From NCBI RefSeq assembly GCF_009914755.1, contig NC_060947.1: a stretch of DNA of 64,000 nt; one strand, written 5' to 3'. Shown piece after piece: positions 56,490 to 64,000 of this stretch; the first letter of the stretch is position 1, and each line of letters opens with the position of its first letter. Origin of the DNA: the human T2T-CHM13v2.0 reference genome, Homo sapiens. Both the position numbers and the translations under genes were made by a program. The notes below the pieces were generated by a model. The model had not been told where the DNA came from, ran no database searches, and saw only the letters and a list, made by a program, of their open reading frames with translations.

Positions 56490-56899
56490 AAGTGCAGTTT
56501 TGTACAGTTTGATGTCTAGTACAGTTCCTACATTTATGTTCCTAGGGGGAAAAAACCTCTCATTATTTGTTTTGGCCAATTTTGCCATGGTTTACAAATA
56601 CAGACTGAAACAAACTTTGTCATGTAGTATGGCAAATATTAAGGATATAATTTGGGTGGGAAATAGTGAGAAACGGTTTGTAGAAAGGCATATTCCGGTT
56701 CCTTCTTCTTCATTTCCCTATGAGTTTCCCACATAATGGGCTGAGGGGCCTTTTTTTTTCGAAATTTATATATTCTGTGAGGGTCATTAGCTTCGCAAAG
56801 TGGTCTTGTGGCTTTGTCTTTAAGATACAAACAATAAATTAATGCGTCTGAAGTTCAAGAGTTTTTCCAGTTATCAATTGGCACATATTCGACCAATCC

Positions 56900-57440
56900 A
56901 GCACGTAGTTGCTTAAAACAACAACATTTAGTTTGCTCACAAATCCACAGTGTAGGTCGGGCTTGACAGGAACAACTTATTTCTGTTCCATGCAGCATCA
57001 GCTGCGGCAACTCAAAGGCTGGGAGCTAGAATCATCTGAAGGCTTATTCCCTCCATATATCTGGTGCCTGGCCTTAGAAAAATAGAATATTTAAGGGCTG
57101 AAACAGATGAAGCTCCTTTGGCTTCTTTATTCATGCCTACATGGCCTCTCCACAAGATCTCTCCAGCATGGTAGCCTCAGGGTAGCTAGATTTGTTACAT
57201 GTCAGTTCAGGGTTCCCGAGACTTGTGTCCCAAGGGAAAGAGTGCCTGGCAGAAGCCATATCTGCTTTTATGACCTAGCTTTAGAAGTGACACAGCATTA
57301 TTTCCATTTCATTCTATTCATGGAGGCAGACACAAAGCCTCTTTACCATGCACCAAGCTCAAGGGGAGGGAAATATACTTTGTCTCTTGATGGGGAAGGA
57401 GCAAGATTCTAGTCATTTTAGCAAAACGCGATCTGCCATA
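56900..57440 (-). mobile_element. Old MLT1 solo LTR
   Basis: GCTTAAAACAACAACATTTA..AATCATCTGAAGGC..GAAGTGACACAGCATTATTTCC..ATCTGCCA. Confidence 0.8.
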
Positions 57441-58999
57441 TATTCATAGCTGAATAACTTTTTCCACTTGTTCCAAATAAAGTCATAACCACATGTATTC
57501 ACGTATTCACTTGATACAGTAAGTGAATGCTTAGTGTGTTATAAATGAGTATTTTGCTTGGGAAAACTAAATAAATATTGCAATGTAATTTAGAATACAG
57601 GTATTTTCTAGGAACCCAAAATAAATATCTTGGAAGTAGAGTCATCTAAAGCAATTTAACAGAGATAAAATGGATATTAACAAAGTTTGAAAAGAAAATT
57701 GAAAAGGCTGCCTACCCTTTTAGCCCTCCAAATGGATATATTCTTTTTAGCAATTACAGAAGCAGACAGAACACTAACAGCTCTCTTCAAATATAAAGTA
57801 CAAGATCTAGAAAATGTATCACTTTTATGTCATTTATATTTCATTTTTAATTTAAGCCTCAATCAGTCTTCCTTTCCTAATTCAATCCATCCACTTACCC
57901 CCTCTTCATTATAGTCCTCATTTAAAATACAATCCCTTTTTATAATAGATGGTTTTTCTAAGAGTAAAATAACTTCAATTATAAGACTGAAGAAGGGAAG
58001 GTTGAAGTTAAACACTTCAAATAATTCCATATTAAGTACCTAAGCACAAGAAATCAAGGGTGCTGGCATGGCAAAGCAAAGGAAAAAAATACCAAAGGAG
58101 AAGAATTTTCTTTAAAATTTACTAACCCCTGATGATTCCTGCATTAAGTTGTAACTTTTTGGCTGTGACTCAACACTATCAAAACAATCAACCAAAAAAT
58201 GAGTTATTTTATCATGTGCATCATCTCAGGAGATTCATTTTTAAAAAGGTAGCAAAAGAGTTGCCTTGAATTACCTCCTTCAAATAATTGACCCATATGA
58301 AAGTTGCAGAAGCCCTTTTCCTCACATTTCACTGATCACACACTCATATGCACATATATTTCTCACTATTCGCTGGCTTACTTAACTCTACTACTCACAT
58401 GGCTAAAACCATTTGGGCTTCTTTCTCTATAATGCCTATTTTAATCCTGAGAAAGCCCCTGTTGGTATCCACTAGAACATAGAATGGAATGCATATGGTA
58501 TCTTAATCCCTTAAAATCATATTCTCTTAAAGGCTTATATCTGCTTGGAGCACAAAATGGAGAAATGTTTAAAAAGAGACATAAATATGAAACGACATAT
58601 GTAGGGAAAATGATTACTGTCTTTTATAACTCAAACCATAAAATCAGACCACAGTCTGTGATATATTAGAAGGAACATTTTCCCATTCTCTGCATCCCAG
58701 ACACTCACTTCTCCTGAAGGGGGGAGGATGACAAATAAGAAAGTTTGTCCTCTTTTGGATCCAATTAATGCATCAGGAGCCTCTATCTTTGAAGCTGTCT
58801 GCACTAACCAGAGTTGAACAGACATTGCTTCTCCAGGTAACAGGTTAGTTGTCTGCTCAGAAGACTAATCTCATCCTGTATGTGGGTTCCCAGGGGAATG
58901 GGTAGACTTTTAGGAGGAGAGGGTATGAAAAAGATTCTTTGACCTCAGAATTTTTGACAACTTAGTTCTAGTTGACATAAAATGATATTTTATGATATT

Positions 59000-59800
59000 T
59001 TAAGCTCTGTAATGCAATTGAGCACATTGTTTTTATTTTGTTTTTGTTAAAATACCTTTTTTATAGATCTCATAAATTACAGTTTATAATATCTTGTATA
59101 GATTTTATAGATTTAGCCATTTTCTAATACTGTGAATTTTACTTTTTTATATGAAGAGAAAAACAGAGAGACATATTGATTTTACTATTTTTGTTGATCA
59201 AAGTGTTATAAATATTGAATCCTCCATTTATCTTTTCACTTTACTTATGATATATTCTAAGAAACCTAAGTTCCTAATTCCAGCATATTAGATTTTATCT
59301 CTTCTGTTGTAGTGTTGTTTTAAGTATGGTTCAGAAAATTTTTCTTCAGCCTTGAATTATATAATTCTCCTATATTTTCCTCTAAATATTTTAAGTTTCA
59401 CTTTAACATTTAAAAAAGTAATCCATCTAAATATTTTTGTGTATATTATAAGGTGGAAATTATTTTTGTTTCTCACATGGAGCATTTAATTGTCCCATTA
59501 CTTTAAAAGGCTATTCTCCACAGATCTTTCTTGGTACCTGTGCTTCTCTGTCTCTCTCTCTTTCTCCCTGTGAGAGTCACACACACACACTTGGATACAC
59601 ACTTGCTAGTATCTTTGGCATCTACATTCTGCTTCACACAACAATTTGATGTAACTTTAAAATTACCACACTGTCTTTATTGCCAAAAGCATATACCAAT
59701 GCCAATGAGTCTTTGTTTTCAATAATATGTTGCCAATTCTTTGGCCTTTGCTTCTGCTTATAAATTTGACAAGCTTCTTCATGAAATACATTAAAAGTAT
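59000..59800 (-). mobile_element. Ancient L1M (L1ME-like) remnant
   Basis: ATTCTCCTATATTTTCCTCTA..AATCCATCT..TTTTTGTGTAT. Confidence 0.55.
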
Positions 59801-60146
59801 TTTGAGGAGTTCAAAATTTCAGTGGAGGAAGTCCCTGCAGATGTGGTAGAAAGAGCAAGAGAACTAGAATTAGAAGTGGAGCCTGAAGGCGTGACTGAAC
59901 TGATAGAATCTCATGATAAAACTAGAATGGATAGGGAGTTATTTCTCATGGATTAGCAAAGAATATAGTTTCTTGAGATGGAATCTACTCTTGGTAAAGA
60001 TGCTGTGAACATTGTTGAAATGAGAGCGAAGAATTTAGAATATGACGTAAACTTGGTTAATTAACCGTGGCAAGGTGTGAAAGGATTAACTCTAATTTTT
60101 AAAGAACTTCTACTGTGGGCAAAATGGTATCAAACAGCAGCACATG
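59801..60146 (+). mobile_element. Tigger1 internal fragment (transposase C-terminal region)
   Basis: CAGTGGAGGAAG..GAACTAGAATTAGAAGTGGAGCCTGAAG..ATCAAACAGCA. Confidence 0.88.
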
Positions 60147-60207
60147 CCATTGCACTCCAGCCTGGGCGACAGAGCGAGACTCCGTCTCAAAAAAAAAAAA
60201 AAAAAAA
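60146..60207 (+). mobile_element. Alu 3' tail fragment, young (CpGs intact, A19)
   Basis: GCCATTGCACTCCAGCCTGGGCGACAGAGCGAGACTCCGTCTC(A)19. Confidence 0.93.
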
Positions 60208-60208
60208 G

Positions 60209-60505
60209 AAAGTTATGTTTAAACTATACTGTAGTCTATTTAATGTGCAATAGCATTATGTCTAAAAAAATCAGTATGAATACCTTAATTTAAAATACTT
60301 TATTGCTAAAAATGAGAATGATCATCTGAACCTTCAGTGAGTTACAATTTTTTGCTTATTGTAGAGTCTTACCTCAATGTGGATATCTGTTTCCTGACCA
60401 AGGTGGTGGTTGCTGAAGACTGGGGTGGCTGTGGCAATTTCTTAAAATAAGACAACAATGAAGTTTGCCTCATTGATTGCCTGTTCCTTTCGTGAAAGAT
60501 TTCTC
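60209..60505 (-). mobile_element. Tigger1 3' fragment
   Basis: Reverse complement of the recalled Tigger1 3' region (GAGAAATCTTTCACGAAAGG ... AAACATAACTTT). Confidence 0.85.
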
Positions 60506-60509
60506 CTTC

Positions 60510-61076
60510 ATGTGTGGTTGGTTTAATCTGCTATCCAGACCATTCAAACTTCCTTCATAGCAGTAATAAGGCTGTTTCACATTTTTATCATTTGTGTATT
60601 CACCAGAGTAGCACTTTTATTTCAAGAACTTTTCCTTTGCATTCACAACTTGGCTACCTATTTGGCACAAGAGGCCTAGCATTTGGCCACCGTCAGCTTT
60701 TGACATGCCATCCTCATTAAACTTAATAATTTCTAGCTTTCGATTTAAAGTGAGAGACTTGCAACTCTTCCTTTCATTTGAGTACTTAGAGGCCATTGTA
60801 GGATTAACTGGCCTAAGTTTAGTATTGTTGTGTCTCAGAGAATATCAAGGCCACAGGTAAGGGAAAGAGATGGGAGAACGGCTGGTCAGTGGAAAAGTCA
60901 GAACATACAAAACATTTATCGATTAATTCCACCATCTTATTATGGGCACAGTTCCAATAGTAACATCAAAGGTCACTGATCACAGATCAGCATAACAGAT
61001 ATAACAATAATAAAAATGTTTGAAATATTGCAAGACTTATCAAAATGGGACACAGAGATACAAAGTGAGCACATGC
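60510..61076 (-). mobile_element. Tigger1 5' fragment including the transposase start
   Basis: Minus strand CCTACAATGGCCTCTAAG..GAAAGGAAGAG..CTCTCACTTTAAATCGAAAGCTAGAAAT. Confidence 0.88.
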
Positions 61077-62299
61077 AGTTAACTCTTGTGTTACTGGTAT
61101 TAACTCAAAATGAACACTGAGTATTTTTTAATAGATAACTAAATTGTATATATTTTTATTATCTTTATGCAATATAAGTCTTATAGAATCAGTGCATTAG
61201 TGGATCTTATTTGTTTATCTTCTATATAATTTATAGAAAACTGCAACTATCTTTTAATTGAAAGTTGAATAATTTGCCTATACATCTGAGATTGATGATT
61301 TCTTTAAGAAAAAAAACTATTTAATTTCCCTAATGACTATATTTGAATTATTTTATGTCTTCTTGAGCTGATAACTTAATGGTTTTTAAATTTAGAATAA
61401 GTTACATTTTATTATTATAAATATTTGACTGGTATTATTTGACATTCTCTCAGTGCTCATTCTTTTTTTAGTGCTTAATTTTTCAAATATTTAATACAAG
61501 CTATTTAAAGTTCTCCATTTGATCATCAAAAATTCTTCATTTGGTGATTGCAATATACTAAGTCCTTGGGGAGGTCTAAATCTGTTATGTATTGTTTCTG
61601 CTGATTCTATCTCATTACAGCTTTTTACTTGTGTTTTGGGTGATATTTGTGTATGAGATTATACACAGTGTTTGGAACAAAAGAAATATCAACGAACAAA
61701 ATGTGGATTCAGAGGCCAAAACCAAACTGGGACATTTTCTCCTTTGAAGATGTTTCCCTACTATGGAGTCTCAGGTTCCACTCTTCCACTTTATGGAGGG
61801 CACAAAGATCCTACTTTCTTATTTTCAGCTCACAGCCCCCTCCCCTTTCACACTTTTCCCTGTTGGAAACCCCTTTACTTTTCTTCAAGTCAGTAATATG
61901 TTCAATAATATGTTCGCTGTAAAATGTTATAGACAACTGTAAAAAGGAAAAAATATATGAATACATGATAAATTCATTAATGACCATATTTCCCATTTTT
62001 GTATTAGAAGCAAATAATAGCAAAGGAGGAACATCTATAATATAGTATTATATATATTATACTATAATGTACATCTTTCATGGCTACTATAATATGCTGA
62101 TTGCTGCTGATATCACCGGCACTCTAGTTTTCACCTCTTGACTGCTACAGATCTTTCTACCATTCAAATATTTGCAGTAGACTCACAGATACAACCAAAT
62201 AGTGAAAATTAATAAAGGCCTTTCCCTTCTACTTCATCCTATCACCAATTTATCCTTTCCCTTCCCCTTACTTTCCTGATTAATTGATTAATTTAGTTC

Positions 62300-62783
62300 T
62301 GAAGCCATTGGGTGGCTTTTGAGAAAGCTAGGTTAGTAATGAGGGATATTCTGGCCTGAGGAGTCAGAACGCAAGCAAATTGATAAGGGTATCCATGTAG
62401 GGGGAAGTGGCACGGAGGACTATTTCCTGAGCAGACTGAGCATGCATCCATGCCTGTGAGCAGTCTGGAGTGGGGTATCAGAGCTTATGTGGGCTAAGAA
62501 GTGCTTCCATGTGCAGAAGTGGGCCAGTGTGGGGTAAAGAGGGCCTTCCTGAGTGGGAGCTGCCCAGCACAGGTGTCAGAATAGAAGTAGGGTGAGGAGG
62601 TAAGCCACATGGAAAACAGCACTGTGAGGAGTTTGAGAGCAAGAACAGGATGCGGAGGGTATCCACATGAAGGTAACGTTTGTTGTGTGTGTGTATACAT
62701 GCATATATATACACATACACACACATCCCGCATATATATCATATATTATATGTGCATGTGGTGTATATATCTTACACAAACAT

Positions 62784-62829
<46 letters not shown>

Positions 62830-63750
62830 TGGAGCAACAACCCACCCAATAGCATCAAGCTATTGGCACCCACATAATGCCTTTTAAATACCAATCTCCA
62901 CTGAAAGAAACCAAGTCTTTTGCAAAGTAGATTATTTGAGAGCTAAGGCAGAGAAAACACAAGAGGAACCTGGAATATCCTCTTGTGTCAGGAAGCAAGA
63001 AAGTGCTTAAAGCATGGTGGGGACATTTCAAAAGGAAACAAGTTGAAGAGGCGCCCATTGCCCAAATCTGGGCTATGTGGGGAGTATGAGTCCATACTAA
63101 TATAAATGAATAAATAAATTTAACATTTAATGCTGAACAAGACATTTGCATAGTCTCTAAGTACCTACTCCACAAAATACTTATTAGCTAAAAAGGGGAA
63201 AGAGTAATTATCTAGTGCCTGGCAGATGACACTTTACTCAAGTGAAGTAAAGCAGCATCATCAGTAATGAGTCAAATCAAAACTGTGTACCTCCTGTTAG
63301 GAAGCATTGAGAATAACATTTGATAAATCCAATTGTAAGGAAACATCAAACAAACCCAAATTGAGGGAAATTCTACAAATTCAGTGGCCTGTAATTCTCA
63401 AAAATGTCAAGATCATATAAGTCAATGATTAAGGAGCTACTTCAGACTAAAGAAGACTAAAGAGATATGATAAATTAGTACAATACCTGATTACCAACTG
63501 GATCCTTTTGTTATAAAGAACATGATTGAAACAATTATTTAAATAAGACCTGAAAATTATATAGTGACTATTAATAATGTTAATTCTGACTTAAATGCTA
63601 CAAAAAAAGGCATTCCTCTATGTCATTTATGTAGAAATAGAAACATTTTGGGAGTGTTAAGGGAATCAATTTAATGACCTACTGTCTCATAGTTAAGAAT
63701 TAAAAATTTAGTTGTAAATTTCCTGCAAGTTTAAGATTTAATTTTAAAAT
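62300..63750 (+). mobile_element. L1MC-like 3' region
   Basis: GGGGACATTTCAAAAGGA..AAATACTTATTAG..CAAACCCAAATTGAGGGA..CTGGATCCTTTTG; boundaries approximate. Confidence 0.65.
62785..62827. repeat. (CA)21 microsatellite, preceded by TA/CA-rich low-complexity sequence
   Basis: direct observation. Confidence 0.97.
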
Positions 63751-63876
63751 ATTTATACAAAAAAGATCAATATGTCATTGGCAGATGTAGTATGTGCCTG
63801 AAATGCAGAATATAATCAAGAAATATTTATGAAGTGATTTGATGAATGAATTGAAAGAGAATGAAAAATAAAGTAT

Positions 63877-64000
63877 TTCTTTTTTTTTTTTTTTTTTTAA
63901 GACGAAGTCTTCTGTCGCCCAGGCTGGACTGCAGTGGCGTGATCCTGGCTCACTGCAACCTCCACCTCCCAGGTTCAAGCAAATTCTTCTGCCTCAGCCT
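63877..64000 (-). mobile_element. Alu, cut by the window edge
   Basis: polyT then GTCGCCCAGGCTGG..CTCACTGCAACCTCC. Confidence 0.95.

Noticed and set aside
58825-58845. Recursive-splice-like CTTCTCCAG|GTAACA
   Set aside because: Short pyrimidine tract and weak donor

Overview
AT-rich, CpG-poor primate (human-like) genomic DNA typical of a gene desert or very large intron. I find no host protein-coding exon, RNA gene, CpG island or CRISPR array, and cannot name the locus. Apart from the L1 remnants and ORF0-like frame noted below, ORF-track entries are chance frames or read-throughs of repeats. The window is a mosaic of transposable elements: a full MST-type MaLR provirus with a nested THE1 LTR, solo LTRs (MLT2, MLT1, THE1/MSTA, MER31-like, LTR16), L1s, Alus with clear TSDs, DNA transposons (MER5A, MER58B, MER113, Tigger1, Tigger3), L2/MIR remnants and STRs. 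Subfamily names come from recalled consensus sequences, not database searches. The most notable structures: (1) a 5'-inverted L1PA7-like element whose inverted part keeps the whole 5'UTR, so its antisense promoter and an open 72-codon ORF0-like frame point into the element's own sense 3' end and polyA; (2) a tail-to-tail L1 inverted repeat; (3) a scrambled Tigger1 with a young Alu tail at a breakpoint; (4) two diverged local duplications; (5) an L1MA collapsed to its two tips; (6) several template-switch-like micro-palindromes. I see no evidence for a new enzymatic or defence system.
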